In this document: positions 38,920-50,560 of the stretch, in pieces | Layout of the letters: each line of letters begins with the position of its first letter | How positions within the stretch are numbered: position 1 is the stretch's first letter | Origin: Octopus bimaculoides | Lineage: Eukaryota | NCBI RefSeq assembly: GCF_001194135.2 | Contig: NC_068997.1 | Coordinates: 14,248,683 to 14,312,682 of the forward strand | Length of the DNA: 64,000 nucleotides | Reading direction: 5' to 3' | Program-made: the position numbers and the translations under genes | Notes under the pieces: generated by a model | The model's database searches: none | The model's input: the letters and a program-made list of their open reading frames with translations, nothing else | What the model was told of the DNA's origin: nothing

Positions 38920-39581
38920 CATGCTTGATATGCAGGAAAGGAGTGAGAAGTAGCAAGTGCAGTCGGTGGAAACTATGCAGATGCAAGAGATGCAATAAGA
39001 TGCAATGAGATGCAAGAGATGCAATGAGAAACTGATCTTTGCAGATAGCAGAAGCACATGGGTAAGGAGCAGAACGAACTCTAACAAAAATCTAAATCAA
39101 ATTCCTTGAAATGTACAGAGAATTCCTTAGAAGTAGCTGATTGTTTTCATTACCAAGAGGACCAAATTATTAGCAGTGGAGAGGATGTTCCAAAAGCATA
39201 GCAACCAATGTAAGCATAAAGTAAAGAATATTCAGGAACCTATTATCTCTGCTGGTAGAAATCTGGACATTGGATGTGGAAAATTCATAAAGGATGGAAA
39301 GTAATGAGATGAACAAATTCCACTGGATGTGCGTAATGTAAGCTGAGGGTTAAAAAAATAAGTGTATGAGAGGAACTAGTGCTAATGTGTATGAGAGAAG
39401 AACTGAGCTGGTACAGACAGGTGATGCTTAGGAAGCACGACAGTTGGGTAAAAGGGGCTAAAATCTAATCTCAGACAGTTGGACATTAAGAAGGATGTTA
39501 GTTAACAAGGGACCACAACAAGGAGCAAAACAATGTGAGCGTGGTGAACTGAAGTCGAAATTCTAGTAGTTGTGGCAGTGG

Positions 39582-39616
<35 letters not shown>

Positions 39617-39620
39617 TCAG
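38920..39620 (+). pseudogene. RTE-clade LINE ORF2 C-terminal fossil with (GAT)n tail
   Basis: KCTENSLEVADCFHYQEDQIISSG (cf. SLEVVDSFCYLGDQISSGG), EIWTLDVENS*RMESNEMNKFHWMC (cf. ETW.L......RLERNE..MLRWMC), ELSWYRQVM (cf. RLRWYGHVMR). Confidence 0.85.
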
Positions 39621-39776
39621 TTATATTTTCATAGATGCCAGTTTTAGAAGTACTTATATATTAACAAAATCTACAAACATATTTAAGAATTTATGAATTT
39701 ATGCACATTAAGCCATGCATATGTGGGTGTATATATCCCTTTCTTCCCCCCCTCTCTCTCTGTATCTATCTATCTA

Positions 39777-39815
<39 letters not shown>

Positions 39816-40148
39816 NNNNNNNNNNNNNNNNNNNNNNNNNNNNNNNNNNNNNNNNNNNNNNNNNNNNNNNNNNNNNNNNNNNNNNNNNNNNNNNNNNNNN
39901 NNNNNNNNNNNNNNNNNNNNNNNNNNNNNNNNNNNNNNNNNNNNNNNNNNNNNNNNNNNNNNNNNNNNNNNNNNNNNNNNNNNNNNNNNNNNNNNNNNNN
40001 NNNNNNNNNNNNNNNNNNNNNNNNNNNNNNNNNNNNNNNNNNNNNNNNNNNNNNNNNNNNNNNNNNNNNNNNNNNNNNNNNNNNNNNNNNNNNNNNNNNN
40101 NNNNNNNNNNNNNNNNNNNNNNNNNNNNNNNNNNNNNNNNNNNNNNNN

Positions 40149-40183
<35 letters not shown>

Positions 40184-40359
40184 TTCATGCACACACACAC
40201 ACACATATATATACTAACACATGCATTTGTACACAGACACACATATATATACATATATACACACAGGCATGCACCATTTAATAGTAAAAATAATGATGAC
40301 GATGTTTCTATAACAGTTATTAGAAAAGATTATTATTACATTGTATCTATATGTTCAAT

Positions 40360-40393
<34 letters not shown>

Positions 40394-40779
40394 GCACATG
40401 AAGAATACACAAACAGAGAAAAAGAAAAATTACAAAAGAATTTTTCAACTGCAGAGAACAAGTAAACTCAAGTTATTAGTCTCAAAATCTCGTTTATAAA
40501 AAAAGAAAACGGATTTTATAGGAACTGCAATTTAATGAAACTGTTGTATGGCTTCCTTTGAGAAGGATAATCAAAGAACACAGGAACTAAATATCATTCA
40601 ATGGAATCTCTTGTGTTCTTTCTTACTTTTACCATACTCTTTTCCATTGCTTCACAATTCTAATATCTCAAGATACATATTTTGGCTTGACAATAATCAT
40701 ATCAGATCTTCAAAAGCGAAAATGAATAGAGTCAATCATAACACTAAAGAGGAGGAAATCTCGCACTTTTGAGAGGAGA

Positions 40780-41137
40780 CACTATTTTCATCATCATCAT
40801 CATCACCAGGACCACTATCATCATCATCAGTCATCATCATCATCATCAGTCATCATCATCAGTATCATCATCATCAATGTTGTTGTCCTCCTCCTCCTCT
40901 TCCTCCTCCTCCCTGTCATCATCATCAATGTCTTTGTCCTCCTCTTCCTCCTCCTCCCTGTCATCATCATCAATATCTTTATTGTCATTATCGTCACCAT
41001 CTTCACAGTCATCATCATCATCATCATCATTATTATTGTTTTTCATTTTTATTATTATCGTTATTCCGCTATTGTCTTTCAGCTTGTAAATGCTATGATT
41101 AATACTATTATTAACAAAACTGATAAAGATGACAAAC

Positions 41138-41181
<44 letters not shown>

Positions 41182-41459
41182 CGATGATGATAATGATGGT
41201 GGTGATAGTGACGATGATGATGATGGTGGCGGTGGTGATGATGATGATGATGATGATGATGACGAGGACGATATTGAGGATAATGATAGTTATAGAAATA
41301 ATAATTATCATCATCACCTTCATCATTCTTATTGTTTTTGTTGTCAATGTGGATTTTATTCAGCTAAATTGTTGTTGTGCTGATGAAAAGAAAAAAGAAA
41401 TTATTATTGTTTCTGTTACCATCAGCATCATTATTTTACGTATCATTCATGCTGTAATT

Positions 41460-41491
<32 letters not shown>

Positions 41492-41585
41492 CATCACCAC
41501 CATCGTCATCATCATCATCACCATCACCATCATCATCATTCAGCATTTTCATATTTCCTGTTGACATTGTTAGGTTCCGTTTGTT

Positions 41586-41617
<32 letters not shown>

Positions 41618-41680
41618 CCTCCTCCTCCTCCTCCTCATCATCATTGTGATTATCTTTATTTGTTTATTGGTATTTAGGAA
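40780..41680. repeat. (CAT/GAT/AAT/CCT)n compound low-complexity region
   Basis: Directly visible. Confidence 0.93.
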
Positions 41681-41940
41681 AGGTGGTAGAATGGTAGAGG
41701 CAGTAAAGAATGGCAGAAGTAATTGAGAATGGCAAAAGGAACCGAAGAGAATAGGAGAAGAACTAGTAGAGAATGGTAGAAACAATGAAGAATGGCTGAA
41801 AAATCATTGAAGAGGAAATGATAGATGCAGTGGAAAATGGCAAAAGATGTAGCAGAGAATGGAGGAAGGAACAATAGAGAATGGTAGAAGAACAATCAGA
41901 GGACAAAAGAAGCAATAGAGAATGGTAGAAAGCAGTTAAA

Positions 41941-42114
41941 TCATCATCATCATCATCATCATCGTTTAACGTCCGCTTTCCATGCCTAGCATGGGTTGGA
42001 CGACTTGACTGAGGACTGGTGAAACCGGATGGCAACACCAGGCTCCAATCTAAATTTGGCAGAGTTTCTACAGCTGGATGCCCTTCCTAACGCCAACCAC
42101 TCAGAGAGTGTAGT
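41941..42114 (-). mobile_element. RTE LINE 3' UTR, low divergence
   Basis: CATCATCGTTTAACGTCCGCTTTCCATGCCTAGCATGGGTTGGACG...CAACCACTCAGAGAGTGTAGT. Confidence 0.9.
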
Positions 42115-42272
42115 ATTTAAATGATATTTAAAAAATGCTAAGTTGGGTCTTGATCCTTCTGCATTCCATATTTTTTTGTTTCAAGTTGATTATAAGTTTA
42201 ATTTTTAAAATTCCTAGGGTGTCAAGCTGGTAGAATCATTAGCATCCAGATAAAATTCTTTGTGACATTTCA

Positions 42273-42403
42273 TTTGCGAGAGGTTGACAAACTTTTTCAA
42301 CCAGCTGGTCGTGCTACTTCAGGCTGATGACAAGCAAAGACTCAGAAACATGTCCCTGAATGCAGGCTAGGCTGGGTGGAGGAGTTTGTCTCCCCCTCGC
42401 AAA
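42273..42403 (+). ncRNA. Type I hammerhead ribozyme motif with extended stem I
   Basis: TTCAGG / CTGATGA / CAAG-CAAAGA-CTCA / GAAA / CATG-TC / CCTGAA. Canonical core, GUC triplet, perfect 6-bp proximal stem I, and ~37 further pairs out to 42273:42403. Stem II has two A-C mismatches. Confidence 0.78.
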
Positions 42404-42839
42404 CATAAGGACACAGGAAATGTGTCAAGGCCGACAGAAAGCGGTCCAGCTTCCTAGGGCTAAATAGCAGCAGTATATTCCCTTATTGGGACTGTCATGT
42501 TAAGTTGGCAGTGTACGACTACTTTATCACATCACTACTGCTTAAGTCTCTCTGAGACATTTAGAAATGTATTATTTCTAATATATATATATAGGTCTTG
42601 TTAGACACAAGATGTGATCTATTTCTAGCACATTGAATGTCCACGTTAGTGGTCAACGTCATATATAAATATATATATACACATGACAAGCTCCTTTTCA
42701 GTTTCCATCAACCAAATCACCCACAGAGCTTTGGTCAGCTCAGGATCCTAGTAGAAGCCATTTACTCAACATACTACACCATAAGATTGAACTTGGAACC
42801 AAGTAGTTGGAAAGCAAACCTTTTACTATACAAATAGGA

Positions 42840-43560
42840 CAGAGGAGAAGAATTTAATGGGAGAGAAAAACGGGTCTCAATAAGCCCAACAAAGGGACCA
42901 GATATAAAGTTGACAGGTACGTGTTCTATGTGTAATCAAGAATAAAAAAGGCAAGGAGATTAATCAGGAATCATCCTTGAAATATTCAAATTATCCAGTG
43001 AAGTAAGATATATGCTTGTCACTCATAGAGGTAATGATGTAGCAAAGGACATGTGTCATACACAATGACTTACAACGGTGTTGTCAATTGATATGAGGGC
43101 AAAGGAAATACTAGAGAAAGAAGCATTTACAGAAATATCAATCTGATGGTTCAGTTATCAAAGTAACAGGAAAAATTATAACACAAATGATTTGGAAGAG
43201 AATTAGGTCAAATGAGATACTGCTTGTGTTTGCACCTGGACAAGGTACCACCAATACTCTCTTTCTTGTGAGACAACTATCTGGAAAATGTTTTAGCTAA
43301 AAGGAAGCCACTAAACTTATTGTCCAATGACCAGAAGAAGGCCTATGGTAAGTACCACAATTTTTAGTCTTGCTGGTGCTAAGAAATCTAGGAGTCGATG
43401 AATAACTTGCAAGCACCATACAAGTTATCGGAAGGGATGCTACCAGTAGAAAGAAAATATGAGTTTAATCAGCAGTTTAGTGTGTAAGTAGGTGACCATC
43501 GAGATTAATTTCTCAGCCATCCTGTTTATTACAGAAGACTCAGCCTCACAAAGCTAATGA
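42840..43560 (+). pseudogene. RTE-clade LINE reverse-transcriptase fossil
   Basis: FAPGQGTTNTLFLVRQL / VLAKRKPLNLLSNDQKKAY / VLRNLGVDE match GF.PGRGTTDAIFLVRQLQEKYLAK.KPLYLAFVDLEKAFD and ALRKLGVDEWL; frameshifted. Confidence 0.85.
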
Positions 43561-43756
43561 CAAAAGAACAGAAATAGCAACAGGACAATAATACTGGAGA
43601 GGATCAGTCCAAGACTCCATGAAAATATAGGAAAATATGCATACGATGATGACTATGATACATATACAACATATACACATATTCATGCACACACACATAT
43701 ATAGAGAGAGAAACAGACAGGTAGACAGCTACACATATCTACACCAATATCTCTAC

Positions 43757-43787
<31 letters not shown>

Positions 43788-44297
43788 ATACATAATGCAT
43801 TTACAGATGTGTGGGTTTTGGCCTGCCAGTGGACTTGAAGGCTAAAACAAGTTAAAAACAAAATGCATGTGCACATACACAGATGTACACACACATCCAC
43901 ATACAAACTTCATATGCATAAACACAAACACCTACACAGATTTCTTTCTGTTGTACTTAACAATTTTTCTCACATTCTGTTGTTTACATTGTCTACCAAG
44001 GGAAATATAGGTCTTTGAGGAAAGAAATGTTTTGGACAGACTATTTCAGGGATGTTGTTAATAATCAATTAATGGGAATAATATAGATTCTTTTAATTAC
44101 ACTTATACACACGACACAAACACACACATGTATGTATGTATGTATGTATGTATGTATATACATATATATATATATATGTATGTATGATGTATGTTTATAC
44201 ATATATTATGTAGAGTAGAATGGTAAAATGTTGGAAGCTGTGACAAGATGCCTTTCAGGAAATGTATGTATATACATAGACATACTTATACACACAC

Positions 44298-44344
<47 letters not shown>

Positions 44345-44354
44345 NNNNNNNNNN

Positions 44355-44398
<44 letters not shown>

Positions 44399-45091
44399 AT
44401 AGATAAATAAATCACGTGAACACATTCACAAAAATTCACATTGTTCTATAACATATTTTCGTACGAAAATGTTTATGTTGATGAAGCTAGATAGATATAC
44501 GTAGACACGCACACACACGTGCATACACACGCGCATGCACATGCAAACATCCTCTCGCACACTCGTGTATATTTCGCACTCATTTGTGTGTGTATATATG
44601 TATGTATTACATGTCCATGCTGATGTAGATCTGTGAATACATACACACACACACACACCTGCACTTTTATATAAAACAATTGTATTTTTGTGAACGTAAG
44701 TATAGTTATGTTCAGATACGAAATCTATTTAAATATGGGGACGTATTTGTATATGTATGTCACATACATTGGAACTTGTTAAACCAAACATACAAAGACA
44801 CACGTCATTAATATCTATATATGACCTAACATACATATATGTGTGTGTGTGGCTAATATAGACACACCATAGACAAACTTACACACACATATATACATAC
44901 ATATATATATACACATACATTTATATATATATATATATATACATATACACACATTTATNNNNNNNNNNNNNNNNNNNNNNNNNNNNNNNNNNNNNNNNNN
45001 NNNNNNNNNNNNNNNNNNNNNNNNNNNNNNNNNNNNNNNNNNNNNNNNNNNNNNNNNNNNNNNNNNNNNNNNNNNNNNNNNNNNNNNNNNN

Positions 45092-45134
<43 letters not shown>

Positions 45135-46319
45135 CAAGCATATATGTACATACATGTATACATACATGTATACATACATATATATATATTCATATACATA
45201 CATATATACAAATACATACATATATATATATTCATATACATACATATATATTCATATACATACATATATATATATTCATATACATACATATATATATATT
45301 CATATACATACATATATATAGATAGATAGATGCTTGCATTGTTCTATAATAATAGATTCTGTTGGTAGATTAAAATAATGCTGTTACTTAGTATCTCTTA
45401 TAGATTGGATATATTCAAAAAGAAAAGAATAGAAATGACACTTGATGATGCTGACATTGTTGTTATTGTTATTGATGATGATGATGATATTTTCTTTATT
45501 TCGACTCAAGGGCAACAAAGAGAAATAACACCAAACAATGCATACAATGCATAATGTTTGTTTTTTATTTTTCTGTTACAATACGACGACACATTTGTTG
45601 ATGTCTATATGTATGGGTACACATAAATTTTATGTTGAAGTGATTAAACTCAAAGCCCATCCCTTCCACATACCTTGCTGTTTTGTCCCCTTCACAAACC
45701 TACCCCATCCCAACTTCATGTCCTCTTCTTCTGACAGAAAAGAAACCATATTTACCAAATGATAGAAAAGATAATATATTTATATATAAATATTAAAAGA
45801 AGTGTATATATCTATGGCAGCGTGTGTTTATTAGTACATATGTCATTATGTATATGCAGGAATCTCATAATAGACAGTTGTATGCAAACATAACATCGAT
45901 ACACATTGACACAAGCACACATACTCACACATTCACATGCATGCACACACACATCACATATGCTTATATATGCTTTTACTAGTCTCTGTTGTTGGCTAGT
46001 AACCACACTTAGGGCTCCTTTGAACAAATCAATTTTACTAATTAAATCTGGTATCTTATGGGTTACTTTTGCCAAATTAAGTTACTGAGATGTAAACAAA
46101 CCAACACTGGTTGTCAAGTAATGGAGGAGGGGCGACCACTAAGACATGCATTGTTTCATGCAAATTATCATTGCTACCATTGGTTTCATGCCAAGAATTC
46201 TCAACCAATGCTAGCCTCTTTAACCAACAAATAAAGAATACATGTCCCCCAATGCAGCATTGAGCACTCATTCTCACTGTTCGAAATGATTGCATACATA
46301 CATACGTGTATGTATAGAT

Positions 46320-46640
46320 TTATTCTTTGTAATCCTAGTATTTATTCTATCGGTCTCTTTTCCTGAACCGCTAAGTTATGGGTATATAAACGCACCAACA
46401 TCGGTTGTCAAGCAATGGTGAGGGAACTAACACAGGCAAACACATATACACACACACACACAAATTCATACATACATTCATACACAGTGGGCTTCTTTCA
46501 GTTTCCGTCTACCAAACCCACTCACAAGGATTTGGTCGGTCTGAGGCTATAGTAGAAGACACTTGCCCAAGATGCCACACAGTGTGACTGAACCCAGAAC
46601 CATGTGGTTGGTAAGCAAGCTACTACTGCATAGCCATGCC
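46320..46640 (-). mobile_element. SINE family B, head and body
   Basis: Reverse complement of the family B consensus, with an internal CA tract. Confidence 0.88.
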
Positions 46641-47444
46641 TATGCCTATATATATATGTATATGTATATATACACAAATTATTACAAATATACATCCATA
46701 TACAAATATAGAACTACACACACACATGCACACACATACACACGCAAATAGGCAGATAGGAGATACAAAATATTTTACTATAAGTTTCTATATAAGTAGA
46801 TATAGTGTAGACGTTATATCATAAAGGAAAGTGGAACTAACATAGTAATTTTTCTCTCTTTATTTGCATAATAAAAAAAAAACAAATAATTTAATAACAA
46901 TGTCTATAATGATGACATTAGTAATGACAATGATAATAGTAATGATGAGGATGACAGCAATGATGACAAGAATGATAATGATGATGATGGTGATGAAGGC
47001 TTTCTTTTGACTATGTTGAACATGATTATGAATACACCAAACATCCTAATAATTATATTATTAGCAGCATTGTTCCGTCATGATGGCTTTCGTAGCTAAC
47101 GATGCTCAGAAGAGAGGCAACGTGAGAAGGTCAATGACCATCACAGAAATACTGAGGAGGGATTTTCTATGAAACTACCTTCTTATCTTTTACATGTTTC
47201 ATCACTGGACTGTGTCAAGCAGGGCGGTTTTTAGATTTATAGTTAAATTAAACAATCCCAGCACTTTAATCTTTTTATAAATCCAGTAGTAATTCCCTTG
47301 GTGTCTTTTGATGAACAACTAAGTTACAGGGATGTAAGCAAACCAATTCCTATTCTCAAGTGGTGAAGGTGGTAACAGACACAAAAACACATTCACACAT
47401 GTTTATAGAAAAATACCCCAGAACTCTCTGGAAAATGATTGGCA

Positions 47445-47655
47445 TTTATATGTGGATCGTTGGCGATTTTTTCCTCCGTCTTCCTTTTCTTTTGGACTTT
47501 CCTCTGTCTCTTGTTTCTGATGAAGAGTTTTGCTCAAAATATAAAAAACTACTTTTCTTTCCTTCCCTGAGTGTCTGCTAATACTTTACATGTACCACGT
47601 CCTCGTGCTGCTGTTTTATTTTATTGTGCTTGCTTTTTGTTTTTACCATATATAT
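47445..47655 (+). mobile_element. Short TA-flanked element with a CpG-decayed hammerhead motif
   Basis: GTTT CTGATGA A GAGT-TTT-GCTC AAAA TATA AAAAAC at 47513-47549; the downstream CCTGAGTGTC..CTAATA...CACGTCCTCG resembles the 12.8-kb element. Confidence 0.6.
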
Positions 47656-47659
47656 ATGA

Positions 47660-48215
47660 TCTGGTAGAGTTTCTACAGCTGGATGCCCTTCCTAACGCAA
47701 ACCACTCCAAGAGTGTAGTGGGTGCTTTTTACATGCCACCGCTGCTCTGGCAGTGATCCCACTCAGATGTTGCTGTTAGCGCTCCACTGGCATGGGCGCC
47801 AGTCATCGAATTTGGTTCAGTTTCGATCTCACTTGCCCCAACAGGTCTTTGCAAGCTGAATTTAGTGTCCAATGAAGGAAGGTTGGCATGGGTGCTAGTC
47901 AACGAATTTGATTCAATTTTCGATTTTGATTTCACTTGCCTCAACAGGTCTTCGTAAGCAAGGTTTTGTGTCCAAAGAAGGAAAGGTACACATAAGTAGG
48001 CTGGCTACACCCCTGGTAAAGGCCACATGTTATGGTGTCACTTGTCTTGCTGAGTCTTCTCATGCACAGCATATTTCCAAAGGTCTCAGTCACAAGTCAT
48101 TGCCTCAGTGAGGCCCAATATTCAAAGGTTGTGCTTCACCACCTCATCGCAGGTCTTCCTGCGTCTACCTATTCCACATGTACCCTCAACCGCACAAGGC
48201 CTGGAGATTTCGGGG
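47660..48215 (-). pseudogene. RTE LINE ORF2 C-terminus plus long 3' UTR
   Basis: VEGTCGIGRRRKTCDEVVKHNL*ILGLTEAMTCD*DLWKYAVHEKTQQDK* fits the RTE terminal motif G.RGRPRKTW...V..DL..LGL......DR..WR. This ties the (GAT)n-tailed repeat family to this LINE. Confidence 0.9.
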
Positions 48216-48761
48216 AGGAGACTAGATAATTACATCGACCTCAGAATTTCACTGGTACCTAATTTATCGACCCTGAAAGGATGAAAGACAAAGTCAACCT
48301 CGGCAGAGTCTGAACTCAGAACATAAGGATGGACGAAATACCATTAAGCATTACATCCAGTGTGCTAATAATTCTGCCAGCTGTCTGTCTATCTGTATCT
48401 CTGTTTGCTTGCCTGTCTGAATAAGAATAATAATAATAATAATTGTAATGGTTCCGTCGAAATGAATATAATACAGATGCAGACAAATACACAACTAAAC
48501 CCCTGGGACTTAGATATACACTCAACACTGAGAAAATAATCACTACAAGGCACTGCACACAGATATTAGGTGGAACACTGCTAAAAGGGTAGAAAACAGA
48601 AACATGAAACAAAATACAGTTCGTAGTCAAGACACATAGAGCTGTGCTGGGTCGTATTGAAGAAAACATGCAATAAAAACAAGACTAAGGAAATAAGAAG
48701 AACGATCTCAGTAATAATAATAATAATGATGATGATAATAATAGTAACAGCAACAACAGCA

Positions 48762-48800
<39 letters not shown>

Positions 48801-48810
48801 NNNNNNNNNN

Positions 48811-48850
<40 letters not shown>

Positions 48851-49399
48851 TTTGATGATATTGTTACTAATGTTGTAAAGCTTGCTGTTGATGTTGTTGG
48901 TGTTGTTGTTGTTGTTGTTGTTGCTGTAGTTTTTCAAAAGATGTAATTATATTATGGTGCATGTTATAAGCCAAGTATCTAAATTATAGATTAGCTCACT
49001 AAGGAGGGAACAGATTAGGGGCCTGCTTGATTAACATGTAACTCTTTTAATGATGGATGAAATACATCTGCTGCTTTCTCCACCGAAACAGGTGAGTAGA
49101 AGTGTATGGCAGATGTGGTGTGGGAGGAGTGCGGTGGGGGAGTGGGGCGTTGTGTGTGTGTGTGGGGGGTAACGTAGGGGAGGTGGTAGGGGAGCAAAGT
49201 TTGTCGTTAGATAATCGCGCCATAATTAATAATGAATAATGCTAATCAGGACTAGGGAGTTGTAATCTTATCGCAAATACTGGCCATGCAATTTGACATT
49301 CTAATATTGTGCAAGAGAGGGTTAATTACATCTTAATTTTAATTATAATATTGCCTAACACAAACACTGTATATATGTGCATATACATACATATGTATG

Positions 49400-49435
<36 letters not shown>

Positions 49436-49718
49436 TGCATACTCACACATATATAATGTATATATGTGTGTATGTGTCTCTATATATCTATATTATATAT
49501 ACACACATATATATGCACACACCTATATACAATGTATATACAAATATAAATACATATATATACATATATATAAAGTGTGTGTGAATATATATTTTCGATA
49601 TTCATATGTAGTGTTACTACATTACCCTGTTTCTTTTTTGTTTTTTTTACATGCAGGTAAGAAGCTTAGCTGTAGAAATAACTGATCCAACATCGAGCAA
49701 ATGTGGAAACCTCTAGAT

Positions 49719-49830
49719 CAGTGGTTCCCGACCAGGGTCCTTATGGCTACTTTAGGGTCCTTATAAGATTTTGCTGTTAAAATTAATGTGCAATAAATCA
49801 GTTGTACTTCACCAATACACAAAATTTATT
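49719..49830. mobile_element. hAT (Charlie-like) MITE, one end only
   Basis: CTCTAGAT (NTCTAGAN target consensus) immediately followed by CAGTGGTTCCC; the other end is not found. Confidence 0.6.
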
Positions 49831-49839
49831 ATTATTTTC

Positions 49840-50275
49840 TGTTATTCTTTTACTTGTTTCACTCATTTGACTGTGGCCATGCCGGAGCACTGCCTTTAAT
49901 CGAGCAAATCGACCCCGGGACTTATTCTTTGTGAGCCTACTACTTATTCTATCGGTCTCNNNNNNNNNNGAGCCTACTACTTATTCTATCGGTCTCTTTT
50001 GCCGAACCACTAAGTTACTGGGACGTAAACACACCAGCATCGGTTATCAAGTGATGTTGGGGGAGGGGACAAACACAGACACACAAACACACACATACGC
50101 ATATATATATATATATATACATATATACGACAGGATTCTTTCAGTTTCCATGTACCAAATCCACTCACAAGGCTTTGGTCGGCCCGAGGCTATAGTAGAA
50201 GACACTTGCCCAAGGTTCAACGCAGTGGGACTGAACCCGGAACCATGTGGTTCGTAAGCAAACTACTTACCACAC
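49840..50275 (-). mobile_element. SINE family B, essentially full length (~430 bp) with an internal microsatellite
   Basis: Continuous from the head (GTGTGGTAAG...CCACATGGTTCCGGGTTCAGTCCC) through a TA/CA tract to the tail GAAACAAGTAAAAGA. A 10-N gap duplicates 26 bp. Confidence 0.92.
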
Positions 50276-50321
50276 CGATTTTTTTTTTATACGATTCCTA
50301 ATAATATCTAATTCATCTTCA

Positions 50322-50560
50322 TCATCATCATCATTTAGTCCATTGTCCACAGTGGGATGGTTTGGATGGTTTGAACAAGGTTGGTAAGCTGAGGGGTTAC
50401 AATAAACTCCAGTCTGATTAGGCATGGTGTCTACAGCTGGATGTCCTTCCTTACACCAACCACTCTGAAAGTGCAATGGGTACTTTTATGTGCCACCAGC
50501 ACAGGTGCCAGTTGCATGACACCAGTATCTGCCACGACTACAATTTCACTTGGTTTGATG
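50322..50560 (-). mobile_element. RTE LINE 3' UTR, degraded
   Basis: (CAT)n tail, then CTACAGCTGGATGTCCTTCC...GTGCCACCAGCAC. Confidence 0.75.

Noticed and set aside
47130-47170. Minus-strand KIPPQYFCDGH, resembling an LDLa repeat
   Set aside because: It is flanked by stops and lacks the other cysteines and the DxSDE motif.
47180-47235. Minus-strand CTGCTTGA-CAC..GTG-AT-GAAA-CATGTA hammerhead-like string
   Set aside because: The core has an extra base and stem I does not pair; likely chance.
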